Assembly: GCA_035543695.1 (NCBI GenBank)
Contig: DATKJJ010000256.1
Coordinates: forward strand, 1 to 29,431
Source: Gemmatimonadales bacterium
GTDB lineage: Bacteria; Gemmatimonadota; Gemmatimonadetes; Gemmatimonadales; GWC2-71-9
Reading direction: 5' to 3'
Length of the DNA: 29,431 bases
Position numbers and translations under genes: made by a program
Part shown: piece after piece, positions 1-8,283 of the stretch
Layout: each line of letters begins with the position of its first letter
Position numbering within the stretch: position 1 is the first letter of the stretch
The notes under the pieces: model-generated
Databases searched by the model: none
What the model was told of the DNA's origin: nothing
Seen by the model: the letters and a program-made list of their open reading frames with translations, nothing else

Positions 1-638
1 GGCTGGATGGCCTCGCCTGAGCTGAGTGACCGCATGCCCAGCCACCATTGTCCATCGGATTGATACGCTGCCAGCTCCATTGGCTCGTAGATTCGGACCG
101 GCGTGCCAACCGGGATCGAGCCGATGGCCGCCGGCAGCGTAAGGGAAATGGCAGGCTCTCCTGCCCCACAGGTGGTGGGGCCAGTTACGGCCGAAATCGC
201 CATGGCGACCCATCCAGAGTCCGCCGGTGTTGGCGTCCCGGAGAGGTAGAGCAGAGCACTATCCCGGCCCGGCTGCGGATCTCGATAAGCGAAGAAGGCG
301 TTGCGGCTGATGCGGAGGAACCCCGGCCCCGACGTTTGGCAGCTGTAGCCAAACCCCCGCATGGCTCGATAGGAGACGGCAGCCGGGCCCAGGCTGAGCA
401 GATCGTTTGCGGCGCCACCTCCTCCGGCTGCGGTGCTCAGCTCTCGCAGCTCGTTCCCCACGACGACTGCCGCTCCCCGCACATTGGACTGAAGCGCTAC
501 GTGCTCCGCCTGACTCCGGGCCAGACGAACCGTGCTCAGCAGCATGTGGTACACCGATCCGCTGACCATCAGCAGCAGCACCATGGCCACAGCGGTCTCT
601 GCCAGGGTAAACCCACGCCGGCCAGCGGGGATCAGCAC
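1..638 (-). CDS. PilW-like minor type IV pilin (3'-truncated by window edge; not in the ORF track)
   Basis: Manual translation from GTG at 638: MLIPAGRRG|FTLAETAVAMVLLLMVSGSVYHMLLSTVRLARSQAEHVALQSNVRGAAVVVGNELREL...; class III signal (G|F, E5), open to the left edge with no stop; start overlaps the stop of the PilV-like gene (GTGCTGA). Confidence 0.8.
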   Translation of the reverse strand, partial: MLIPAGRRGFTLAETAVAMVLLLMVSGSVYHMLLSTVRLARSQAEHVALQSNVRGAAVVVGNELRELSTAAGGGGAANDLLSLGPAAVSYRAMRGFGYSCQTSGPGFLRISRNAFFAYRDPQPGRDSALLYLSGTPTPADSGWVAMAISAVTGPTTCGAGEPAISLTLPAAIGSIPVGTPVRIYEPMELAAYQSDGQWWLGMRSLSSGEAIQ

Positions 639-1000
639 GGAATGCCTGTTTCCAGCACCGCAGCGCGACTGCCGCGTATGGTGAGGTATGAGACGCTGAC
701 TCGAACTTTTCGCACTGGGCCTGACGGATCGACCGTCCAGGACTGCCGGAGGCCGTCCTCCCACAGCGGCCCTCCGCTGGTAAAGCCGGGCGAGGTACAA
801 CGAGGCGATGTGGCAGCCGCAGCCATTCTGAGCTTCTCCACCCTGCGGGCAGCGAGCAGCGCGGCATGAGTTTCTACCCTGCCCCGGCCAATCATTCGAT
901 TGACCATGGCGGAGGAGCCGCTCAGGGCGAGGATCCCGACCGCCAGAACGACCAGGGCGACCATGACCTCGATCAGAGTAAAGCCGGTGGTGGTTTTCAC
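632..1000 (-). CDS. PilV-like minor type IV pilin (prepilin N-terminal cleavage/methylation domain)
   Basis: MKTTTG|FTLIEVMVALVVLAVGILAL; G|F and E5; GGAGG RBS upstream of the GTG start; 122 aa. Confidence 0.85.
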   Translation of the reverse strand: MKTTTGFTLIEVMVALVVLAVGILALSGSSAMVNRMIGRGRVETHAALLAARRVEKLRMAAAATSPRCTSPGFTSGGPLWEDGLRQSWTVDPSGPVRKVRVSVSYLTIRGSRAAVLETGIPC

Positions 1001-1082
1001 TGCTCACCTCCACTGTTTGACGCCACAAGGTGCAGCAGATCGTAGCTGGTGTGGGTACCGGTTTCGTGCGGAGCGGGCTGAA

Positions 1083-1194
1083 GACGGGCGGGACGGGCGG
1101 AACAATGGAAATTGGAATGAAGCGAGTGAGGTCGGGGAGCGTGGAGCTCGTCTTCCGACGTGCCCCACGTCCGCCTACGCCGCCGGTAACCGCC
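1083..1194. repeat. Degenerate nonamer inverted array
   Basis: (GACGGGCGG)x2 at 1083-1100 and degenerate ~9-nt-period CCGCC/ACGT units at 1149-1194, overlapping the last codons and stop of the response regulator; pairing is loose. Confidence 0.35.
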
Positions 1195-2530
1195 GAAGCT
1201 TGTAGAAGAGTGTGCGCAGACTGATCCCCAGAAGATTCGCTGCCTGCCGGCGATTTCCCTTGGCCGCCTCGAGTGCCCGCTGAATGGCGGCCCGTTCGAC
1301 CGCTTCGACCTGGGACTTGAGATCCAGCGGCCCGGAGGGCGCGCCGTTCGGCGCCGTCGAGGTTCCTTCCGTCAGGGCGAAGTCCTTGCTGTCCAGCAAC
1401 CCGCCGGCCGACAGCACCGCCGCACGCTCGACCGCGTTCCTTAGCTCGCGCACGTTGCCGGGCCAGTTGTGGTGCGTCAGCGCGACCAGCGCAGCCGGAG
1501 TGACGCTCACCGGGTGACCCAGCCGCTGGGCGACCTGCCGGGCGAAATGGGTGAGCAGCTCGGGGATGTCTTCGGGGCGGTCGCGGAGCGGCGGAATGTG
1601 GAGCCGGACGACGTTCAGCCGGTAGTAGAGGTCGGAGCGGAACTCTCCCCGCTCCACCGCCTGCTCCATGGGCTTGCCGGTGGCGGCCAGCACGCGGACG
1701 TCGATCTTCTTGGACTCGCGGGCGCCCAGCCGGCGGATCTCGCCCTCCTCCAGCACCCGGAGCAGCTTGGCTTGGAGCGCCTGGGGAAGATCGGCGATTT
1801 CGTCGAGCAGCAGGGTGCCGCCGTTGGCCAGCTCAAAGAGGCCGGGATGGTCCGAAGTGGCACCGGTAAAGGCCCCCTTGGTGTGACCGAACAGCTCGGA
1901 CTCGAGCAGCTGTTCCGGAATCGCCGCGCAGTTGATGCCGGTAAAGCTGCGTTCAGCCCGCGGGCTCATCCGGTGGATGGCGCGGGCGATGACTTCCTTT
2001 CCGGTCCCACTCTCGCCGGTGATCAGCACCGTGGTATTGTGGCGGGCGACCCGGGCGGCCAGCTCGATCACGTCCCGCATGGCGCGACTCTGTGACACGA
2101 CCAGATCGCCCACGGCGCCAATGCCCAGACTGGATCGAAGCGCGTCAACCTCACGGCGCAATCGCTCCCGCTCCTCGGCCTTCCGTACGGTGAGAATGAC
2201 TTCGTCGGGTTTGAACGGCTTCTGCAGATAGTCGTAGGCGCCTTCACGCATGGCGGCAATGGCGGCATCTTCGTCGCCGAAGGCGCTCATCATGATGATC
2301 AGCGCCTGCCCGCTGTCAGCGCGATAGCGCCGGAGAAAGGTGAGGCCGTCCATTCCCGGCATCTTCACGTCGCAGAGGATGAGCTCGAATTCCTCGGCAA
2401 TGGCGCGGGCGAGCGCCCGCTCCGGGTCGCCCTCGGCTTCCACCCCGTAGCCGGATTCGCTGAGCAGCAGCGCCAGCGACTGCCGGAACCCCGCGTCATC
2501 GTCAACGATCAGCAGCCGCATCGGTCTCAT
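1175..2530 (-). CDS. Sigma-54-dependent response regulator (NtrC/AtoC family; REC-AAA+-HTH)
   Basis: REC (LIVDDD, LCDVKMP, LQKP), Walker A GESGTGKE, GAFTGA, Walker B LLLDEI, RSDLYYRLNV, WPGNVREL, Fis-type HTH (AANLLGISLRTLFYKL). Confidence 0.95.
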   Translation of the reverse strand: MRPMRLLIVDDDAGFRQSLALLLSESGYGVEAEGDPERALARAIAEEFELILCDVKMPGMDGLTFLRRYRADSGQALIIMMSAFGDEDAAIAAMREGAYDYLQKPFKPDEVILTVRKAEERERLRREVDALRSSLGIGAVGDLVVSQSRAMRDVIELAARVARHNTTVLITGESGTGKEVIARAIHRMSPRAERSFTGINCAAIPEQLLESELFGHTKGAFTGATSDHPGLFELANGGTLLLDEIADLPQALQAKLLRVLEEGEIRRLGARESKKIDVRVLAATGKPMEQAVERGEFRSDLYYRLNVVRLHIPPLRDRPEDIPELLTHFARQVAQRLGHPVSVTPAALVALTHHNWPGNVRELRNAVERAAVLSAGGLLDSKDFALTEGTSTAPNGAPSGPLDLKSQVEAVERAAIQRALEAAKGNRRQAANLLGISLRTLFYKLRRLPAA

Positions 2531-3767
2531 CCGCGATTGGAAGAAATACCTTGAAGATGGCTCCGCCTTCTCTTGCGCGATCGACCCACACGGTGCCTCC
2601 GCATTCGTGCACCGTCCGCGCGACTATCGCCAATCCCAGCCCGGTGCCCTGACCCGGATCCTTGGTGGTAAAGAACGGATCGAACACCCGTTCCCGGTCT
2701 TCCTCGGGCACGCCAGGACCGTCATCGGCCACGTACAGCATCGCTCCGGGAGTTCCCGGTAACAGCTCTCGCGGCCGCGGCTCCGGCAACCAGGTGCGCC
2801 TGGGATCGGGCTCATGCCCCTCGCCGTCGTCTTTCCGAGTGGCGGTGCGGCGCTGGCTCACCAGGACCTTGGGCAGGGTACCGACCACCACCCGCCCTCC
2901 GGGATTGGCCTGGCACGCATTGACCACCAGGTTGACGATGACCTGTTCCAGCAGGTGCTGGTCGCCTGGTACCAGGGGCGCGCGGGCGTCCAGCCGGAGC
3001 TCGAACCGCTGCGCCCGCAAGATTCCCTGGGCCTCCAGGAAGTCCATCACCTTCCGCACCGCGGCATTCAGATCCGTGCTTGCTGCTCGCTGAACGGCGG
3101 CACCCTTGGCGGACCCGGGCCGGGCATAATCCACGAGACCTTGCACGATCCGCTCGATCCGATCGATGGCCTGGCGCATATCACCGGTCACCTTCGGATC
3201 GGCCCCGCGGCGCTGAAGCACCTCGATATACGTTGCGAGGGCGCCGAGTGGGTTTCGCACCTCGTGGGCGACGCCGGCGGCGAGTCGGCCGATCCCCGCC
3301 AGCTTCTCCACCCTAACCACCTGGCTCTGCGCGTCCAGCAAGTTCTCCGCCATGATTCGATAGCGTCGCGCCAGCAACTCCAACTCGGCGGTTTCCTGGG
3401 GCACATGGGCCGGAAACTGGCCGGTGGTGAGAGCATCGGCTTCGGCGGTGAGTCGCTGCAGCGGCCGGATGACCATCCGGTGGACGGCGTAGCCGCCAAA
3501 CAGCACGAACACCGTGGTGCTACCCAGCCAGAGCGCCAGCAGCGGGCCCAGCAACTCCGCCAAATCGTTGCCGGCAATGAGCACGGTGGTCAGCCCGACC
3601 ATGGCCACTGCCGACGAGGTGATAAAACCCAACTCCATCACTAACGCGGTGCGGAGCGATACTCCTCTGCGCTTGGGCGGAGCTTCAGCGCGCGTGCCTG
3701 GTTCCGAGCTGCTCGCTGCTGCCAGGTCGCCCGGGAGATGGGCGACCACCGGCGCTACGGCGTGCAC
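2502..3767 (-). CDS. Membrane sensor histidine kinase (2 TM, HAMP, HisKA, HATPase); probable cognate of the downstream regulator
   Basis: Two hydrophobic segments, HAMP (IRPLQRL...ELELLARRY), H-box GVAHEVRNP, N-box NLVVNA, DDGPG, FDPFFTTK, GTGLGL; overlaps the regulator start. Exact start uncertain. Confidence 0.92.
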   Translation of the reverse strand: MHAVAPVVAHLPGDLAAASSSEPGTRAEAPPKRRGVSLRTALVMELGFITSSAVAMVGLTTVLIAGNDLAELLGPLLALWLGSTTVFVLFGGYAVHRMVIRPLQRLTAEADALTTGQFPAHVPQETAELELLARRYRIMAENLLDAQSQVVRVEKLAGIGRLAAGVAHEVRNPLGALATYIEVLQRRGADPKVTGDMRQAIDRIERIVQGLVDYARPGSAKGAAVQRAASTDLNAAVRKVMDFLEAQGILRAQRFELRLDARAPLVPGDQHLLEQVIVNLVVNACQANPGGRVVVGTLPKVLVSQRRTATRKDDGEGHEPDPRRTWLPEPRPRELLPGTPGAMLYVADDGPGVPEEDRERVFDPFFTTKDPGQGTGLGLAIVARTVHECGGTVWVDRAREGGAIFKVFLPIADETDAAADR

Positions 3768-4147
3768 GCAATCTGGCCTTCGGCTGTGGCCGGTGCCGGC
3801 GGCGGCGTCGAGCCGACGAAGATCGCGCAGCTGCGGGTGGTGGCGTAGTGAGTGGCGGTTGCGCCCCAGCCCGCGTTGGTCACGCCGCTCAGGGTTACCG
3901 TCACGCCCGCCGAGGTCGAGTACGGCAGCGCGGGATCGGGCAGCGGCCCGTTATAGTAGGTCTGCGCGTTCGAGAAGTAGCCTTCCTGGGCGGCCAGCAG
4001 GTTGTGCAGGTCACCCCGCATTGAGGCCACAATCGCGCGCTCCTTACCGTTCGCGAATTTGGGCACCACGATGGTCACCAGGATCCCGATGATCACGACC
4101 ACGATCAGCAGCTCGATCAGCGTGAAGCCTCTTTTGTGGTCCCTCAT
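3755..4147 (-). CDS. Type IV pilin, paralog of the adjacent major pilin
   Basis: MRDHKRG|FTLIELLIVVVIIGIL; E5, P22; C-terminal Cys pair (RSCAIF...IACTP); 130 aa. Confidence 0.92.
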   Translation of the reverse strand: MRDHKRGFTLIELLIVVVIIGILVTIVVPKFANGKERAIVASMRGDLHNLLAAQEGYFSNAQTYYNGPLPDPALPYSTSAGVTVTLSGVTNAGWGATATHYATTRSCAIFVGSTPPPAPATAEGQIACTP

Positions 4148-4206
4148 CGCGGTCCCCTGGTGCGAGAAATTCCACCCTCTGAATGCTGCCGGTTTTATTT
4201 CCTCTG

Positions 4207-4228
4207 CCCTGCCCCGTGTGGGGCAGGG
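4207..4228. other. Perfect GC-rich hairpin between the two pilin genes
   Basis: CCCTGCCCC-GTGT-GGGGCAGGG, 9-bp stem; no U-tract follows on the minus (pilin) strand. Confidence 0.6.
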
Positions 4229-4230
4229 TG

Positions 4231-4266
4231 GAGAAAAGGGCGGCGACCGCTAGGACACCGCCCTTT
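4231..4266 (-). terminator. Rho-independent terminator after the major pilin
   Basis: Minus strand AAAGGGCGGTGTCC-TAGC-GGTCGCCGCCC followed by TTTTCTC, about 25 nt after the pilA stop. Confidence 0.75.
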
Positions 4267-4290
4267 CCCCGACTACCTACCCAGCGCTGC

Positions 4291-4722
4291 TTAGTAGCAG
4301 GCCGGTGCACCCTCAGTGACAACGGCCGGGTCAGGAGCGGCGGCCGAACCCACGTAGATACCGCAGGTGGCAATCGCGCCCTTGATCGCGCTGTTGGTAG
4401 CAGTCGCATTCCAACCAGCCGCGGTACAAGCACCCACCTTCACAGTGTTGCCGCTCGAAGGCTGGAAGGCCACCGTACCACCGCAGGCACCACCAGCAAC
4501 GGTGTTGACCTGAGCAGCACCCAGCGTGGTGGAGTACGTCTGGTTATCGCTGAAGAACCCTTCCTGCGCGGTAACCAGGTTACGAAGGTCCGACTTCATG
4601 CTGGCAAGAATCGCCTTCTCCTTCGTGTTGGCAAACTTCGGAATTGCGATCGCGGCCAGAATGCCGATGATCACGACCACGATCAACAGCTCGATTAGGG
4701 TAAAGCCCTTGCGGTTGCTCAT
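4291..4722 (-). CDS. pilA: Major type IV-a pilin
   Basis: Start reassigned to ATG 4722 (GGAGGAAG RBS): MSNRKG|FTLIELLIVVVIIGILAAIAIPKF; own sigma-54 promoter and terminator; four Cys in the head domain. The ORF-track start at 4818 lies in the promoter. Confidence 0.9.
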   Translation of the reverse strand: MSNRKGFTLIELLIVVVIIGILAAIAIPKFANTKEKAILASMKSDLRNLVTAQEGFFSDNQTYSTTLGAAQVNTVAGGACGGTVAFQPSSGNTVKVGACTAAGWNATATNSAIKGAIATCGIYVGSAAAPDPAVVTEGAPACY

Positions 4723-4802
4723 TACTTCCTCCGGTTGAAGTGGTGCGCGGTCATCGGTAATTCGGGATCGCTGAACACGTGGTGTAACCGGCAGCGGGTA
4801 AG

Positions 4803-4817
4803 GCAACACGTATGCCA
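4803..4817 (-). promoter_or_regulatory. Sigma-54 (-24/-12) promoter of pilA
   Basis: TGGCAT-ACGTG-TTGC matches TGGCAC-N5-TTGC with exact spacing, ~80 nt upstream of the pilA ATG; sigma-54 control of pilA via PilR is established in Pseudomonas, Myxococcus and Geobacter. Confidence 0.8.
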
Positions 4818-4863
4818 CCCCCCAACCTCGGTGTTCAACGTGATTCCGCTCCGCGAGTTAACT

Positions 4864-4890
4864 ATCGGTTGCACCCTCGAATGCAACGAT
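4864..4890. promoter_or_regulatory. Imperfect inverted repeat, candidate enhancer (UAS) for a sigma-54 activator
   Basis: ATCGGTTGCA-N8-TGCAACGAT, centred ~86 nt upstream of the predicted TSS (~4791). Confidence 0.4.
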
Positions 4891-4944
4891 TTCCCGGGGA
4901 AGCGGAGGCGGATTCTGCAAGAGCACCCAGGGGACCCAGGCAGT

Positions 4945-5023
4945 GACGGAAGTTGCCTTCCGTCGGGCATTTGGTCGCATCCTTTCCGTGCCGCGCTGAA
5001 CCAATTCACGGTTTGTCCCACGG
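4945..5023 (-). ncRNA. Candidate cyclic-dinucleotide riboswitch-like cis RNA (c-di-GMP-like aptamer plus competing hairpin)
   Basis: Minus strand CCGUGGG-ACAAACCGUGAAUUGGUUCAGCGCGGCACGGAAAGGAUGCGACCAAAUG-CCCGACGG: closing stem CCGU-GGG/CCC-G-ACGG, possible pseudoknot UUGGUU/GACCAA; hairpin GACGGAAG-GCAA-CUUCCGUC shares GACGG with the closing stem. Similarity to c-di-GMP aptamers is judged from memory only. Confidence 0.4.
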
Positions 5024-5216
5024 CTGGGGAGAACGCCCGGGCCGCCGCGGTTAGCGGGACTGCGCCGGGATCGATTGAAATTCCGGTTCCACAACGAAGT
5101 CGTGACGCCAGCATCACTTGGGCCGGAGGAGGAGGGAGTGCCAACTCTTGCATAGTTTTTGCCCGCCGCATTCCCACTCACAGTCCACCTCCACCAGCTG
5201 GCCAGGATGTCCCGCG

Positions 5217-8200
5217 ATGATCAAGGCTCTGTACTTCCTGTTCGTGCTTTCCGGTGCGGCCGGCCTGATATACGAATCGATCTGGACCCGCTACCTCGGC
5301 CTTTTCGTGGGCCACGGAGCCTACGCCCAGATCATCGTGCTGGTGATCTTCCTGGGAGGAATGTCGCTCGGCGCAGTACTGATCAGCCGCCGCTCGGAGC
5401 GGCTGACCCAGCCGCTCTATGGATATGTGGCGGTCGAGTTTGCGGCGGGATGCATCGGCCTCTTCTTTCACGACATCTTTCAATCCGTCACCAACTGGGC
5501 CTACGCCGGGATCTATCCGGCGCTGGCCGGCTCGAAGGCTCTGGTTCTGGCCAAGTGGGCCATCGCCGGCAGCCTGATCCTGCCGCAATCGATCCTGCTG
5601 GGGATGACCTTTCCGCTGATCACGGCTGGCGTGCTCCGACTGAGCAGCCGGCGGCCGGGCCGGGTCCTCTCCATGCTGTACTTCTCGAACAGCCTGGGCG
5701 CGGCGGTAGGCGTGCTCGTAGCGGGCTTTTACCTGGTGAATCTGGCGGGACTGCCGGGCACCCTGCTCACCGCCGCGATACTCAACCTGCTGGTTGCAGC
5801 CGCAACCATCGGCGTGATCGTGCGGGCCCGCGGCTCAGAGGCCAGCCAAACAAGAGCGCAGGCGGCGCCTGCCTCTACTACCCTGGCGCAATCCCCGGCC
5901 AGCCTCTCGCTCGAACGCCTGCTCCTCTTTACCGCGCTGGGCACGGCGATAGCCTCCTTCCTTTATGAGATAGCGTGGATCAGGATGCTGGCGCTGGTAG
6001 TCGGCAGCGCTACGCACTCCTTCGAGCTGATGCTGTCGGCCTTCATTCTGGGCTTGGCACTCGGAGCGCTCTGGATCAGAAGGCGAGCCGACCGCAGTGT
6101 AGACTCGATCCGCAGCCTGGGTCTGGTGCAGTGGTGCATGGGGCTTCTGGCGCTGGCCACCCTGCCGCTCTATGTCTCGTCGTTCGAGTGGATCTCGTCC
6201 CTGCTCTCCACCTTTGCCCGGAACGACGCCGGCTACACCGGCTTTACCATTGCCAAGTACGCGGTGTGCCTGGTCATCATGCTGCCGGCCACCTTCTGTG
6301 CCGGGATGACCCTGCCGCTGATAACCCGAACGCTGATGGCGAACGGGTCGGGCGAGCGGGCCATCGGTGCGGTCTACGCCTGGAACACGATGGGATCGAT
6401 TCTGGGGGTGATGCTGGGCGGATTGGTGCTGCTGCCGGTGATTGGTCTCAAACCAATGTTGATCGTGGCCGCAGTGGTGGACACCGGGATCGGCGTGCTG
6501 CTGCTCCACAAAGCCGGCGCCAGCAGCCCCAAGGTCCGCTATCTGGTTCCCGCTGCTCTCGGCATCGCGGCCGGTTTCATGGCGTTGATTGCCGGATTGG
6601 TGCGGCTGGACACCAACCTGCTCGCCAGCGGAGTGTATCGCACTGGAGAAATGCTGCAGCCGAACGACCGGGACATGCTGTTTTACCGCGACGGCCGGAC
6701 AGCCACCGTCACCGTCACCAGAACCAAACCGGCCGGGTGGATCACCCTGGCGACGAATGGAAAGCCGGACGCGTCGTTGCAGCCGACCTGGTATCAGCCC
6801 TGCAGCAGCACGACGGCGCCGGTTCCCATGACACTGGATGCCGGAGCCCAGACCCTGATCCCTCTGGTGACCCTGGCCCACGCACCCCAAGCCAAGACAG
6901 CGGCGGTGATCGGACAGGGCAGCGGAATGTCCTCCCACCTTCTGCTGGGCAGCCCCATATTGCGCGAATTGGTGACGATCGAGATCGAACCGCAGATGAT
7001 CGCAGGCTCCCGTCTCTTTTACCCGGCCAATAAGCGCAGCTTCGACGACCCGCGCTCCCAGATCGTAATCGACGATGCCAAGTCCTACTTCGCCTCCGAG
7101 CACCGGCGCTACGATGTCATCGTCTCCGAGCCGTCGAACCCCTGGGTCAGCGGGGTTTCCGGCCTGTTCACGACGGAGTTCTACAGCCGGGTCAAGAATT
7201 ACCTCAATCCCGACGGGGTCTTCGGGCAGTGGATCCACGTATACGAGCTGGACGACGGACTGGTGCTCAGCGTCCTGGCGGCTCTGCACCAGAACTTTGC
7301 CTCCTATGACGTATATCAGGTCTCGTACGGCGACCTGCTCATCGTGGCCAGCAACCGGCCCCGGCTGTCAGCGCCGGACTGGTCGGTCTTCCAGTATCCG
7401 ATGCTACGGAAGGATCTTTGCCGGTTCGTGGCGCTCACGCCTGAAGTGCTGGGAGGACTGCGGATAGCCGGCCGTGACGAGCTGGGAACGCTGCTCGAGG
7501 CCTATGGCGCCAACTCTGATTTCTATCCTACGCTCGATCTCGGTGCCGAGCGGCGGCGTTTCCGGCGGGATTTCGCGGTCGGGTTCCCCACGCTCTCCGC
7601 GGAGTGGTTCAATGTTCTGGCCTCGCTGAAGGGGACCCGGACCGCTCCGGGTGGAGAGGCGATTCCGGCCCTGCCCGAGGTTCCCCGGGTTCGGGTCCGC
7701 TCGCTCGGGGCCCTGCTCCGGTCCCGGAAGTTCCTGGCCCCGACCGACTCAGCCTTTGGACCGGTCAGCCGCGACGCGATGTACCGATGGAATCAGTGGC
7801 AGGCCGGAGTCGGTTCGGATCAACCGCCGGGGAACTGGGAGGTCTGGCTGGAGCAGGCCAACGCCATTGACCAGCTGCGCAACGGCGGGACGGCAGGAGT
7901 GGCAGATGAAAGCTTTTATGCGGGTCTTTCCCGGGTGATGGATCGCTACAAGGCGCCCCAAGTGGTCCGGGACGTGGTGATGTTCCGCCACGCCATCGCC
8001 ACATGGCAGTTCAAGGATGCGGTAGACGCGGGCGAACGGCTGCTGCCGGTAGTCACGTCTCAACGGCGCTGGATTGGAGCGGATGAGTTCCGGGACGGCC
8101 TGGTGCTGGCGAAATTGCATTTGCGAGACGCCGCGGGGGCGCAACGCAGATTCTACCAACTCGCGCCTCTGAGCACCCGCAAACCGGCAGATCTTCGGTC

Positions 8201-8264
8201 TCAGCTGCTCGAGGCCTACGTCACCACCGCCGCCCAATCTCAACCCAACGTGGCGCAGCGGTAG
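5217..8264 (+). CDS. Fused multi-TM (MFS-like) / spermidine-synthase-fold SAM-binding protein
   Basis: Probable start ATG 5217 (MIKALYFLFVLSGAAGLIYESIWTRYL); ~13 hydrophobic segments, then NGKPDAS, VIGQGSG, IEIEP, IDDA, YDVIVSEPSNPW; ~250-aa soluble C-terminal extension; 1015 aa. Confidence 0.85.
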   Translation: MIKALYFLFVLSGAAGLIYESIWTRYLGLFVGHGAYAQIIVLVIFLGGMSLGAVLISRRSERLTQPLYGYVAVEFAAGCIGLFFHDIFQSVTNWAYAGIYPALAGSKALVLAKWAIAGSLILPQSILLGMTFPLITAGVLRLSSRRPGRVLSMLYFSNSLGAAVGVLVAGFYLVNLAGLPGTLLTAAILNLLVAAATIGVIVRARGSEASQTRAQAAPASTTLAQSPASLSLERLLLFTALGTAIASFLYEIAWIRMLALVVGSATHSFELMLSAFILGLALGALWIRRRADRSVDSIRSLGLVQWCMGLLALATLPLYVSSFEWISSLLSTFARNDAGYTGFTIAKYAVCLVIMLPATFCAGMTLPLITRTLMANGSGERAIGAVYAWNTMGSILGVMLGGLVLLPVIGLKPMLIVAAVVDTGIGVLLLHKAGASSPKVRYLVPAALGIAAGFMALIAGLVRLDTNLLASGVYRTGEMLQPNDRDMLFYRDGRTATVTVTRTKPAGWITLATNGKPDASLQPTWYQPCSSTTAPVPMTLDAGAQTLIPLVTLAHAPQAKTAAVIGQGSGMSSHLLLGSPILRELVTIEIEPQMIAGSRLFYPANKRSFDDPRSQIVIDDAKSYFASEHRRYDVIVSEPSNPWVSGVSGLFTTEFYSRVKNYLNPDGVFGQWIHVYELDDGLVLSVLAALHQNFASYDVYQVSYGDLLIVASNRPRLSAPDWSVFQYPMLRKDLCRFVALTPEVLGGLRIAGRDELGTLLEAYGANSDFYPTLDLGAERRRFRRDFAVGFPTLSAEWFNVLASLKGTRTAPGGEAIPALPEVPRVRVRSLGALLRSRKFLAPTDSAFGPVSRDAMYRWNQWQAGVGSDQPPGNWEVWLEQANAIDQLRNGGTAGVADESFYAGLSRVMDRYKAPQVVRDVVMFRHAIATWQFKDAVDAGERLLPVVTSQRRWIGADEFRDGLVLAKLHLRDAAGAQRRFYQLAPLSTRKPADLRSQLLEAYVTTAAQSQPNVAQR

Positions 8265-8283
8265 TCCGTGAGACCCGTTTCTC

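Noticed and set aside
4291-4704. Conductive 'e-pilin': mature PilA matches the recalled Geobacter sulfurreducens PilA-N at about 38 of the first 57 residues
   Set aside because: Aromatics at positions 27 and 32 are missing (T, I), the head domain is full length and aromatic-poor, no cytochrome genes are nearby, and the e-pilus model is itself disputed.
4723-4818. 32-aa N-terminal extension of PilA from the ORF track
   Set aside because: Overlaps the sigma-54 promoter; ATG 4722 has a good RBS and gives a normal short class III leader.
4945-4964. Hairpin as a standalone intrinsic terminator
   Set aside because: No U-tract on either strand; kept only as part of the riboswitch-like candidate or as a possible DNA palindrome.
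5137-5153. GTGCCA-ACTC-TTGCA as a second sigma-54 promoter
   Set aside because: The TGGCAC and TTGC half-sites are on opposite strands; no GG-N10-GC spacing on either strand.
5118-5216. 33-aa N-terminal extension of the membrane SAM-fold protein
   Set aside because: TTG start with no support; ATG 5217 begins the typical hydrophobic N-terminus.
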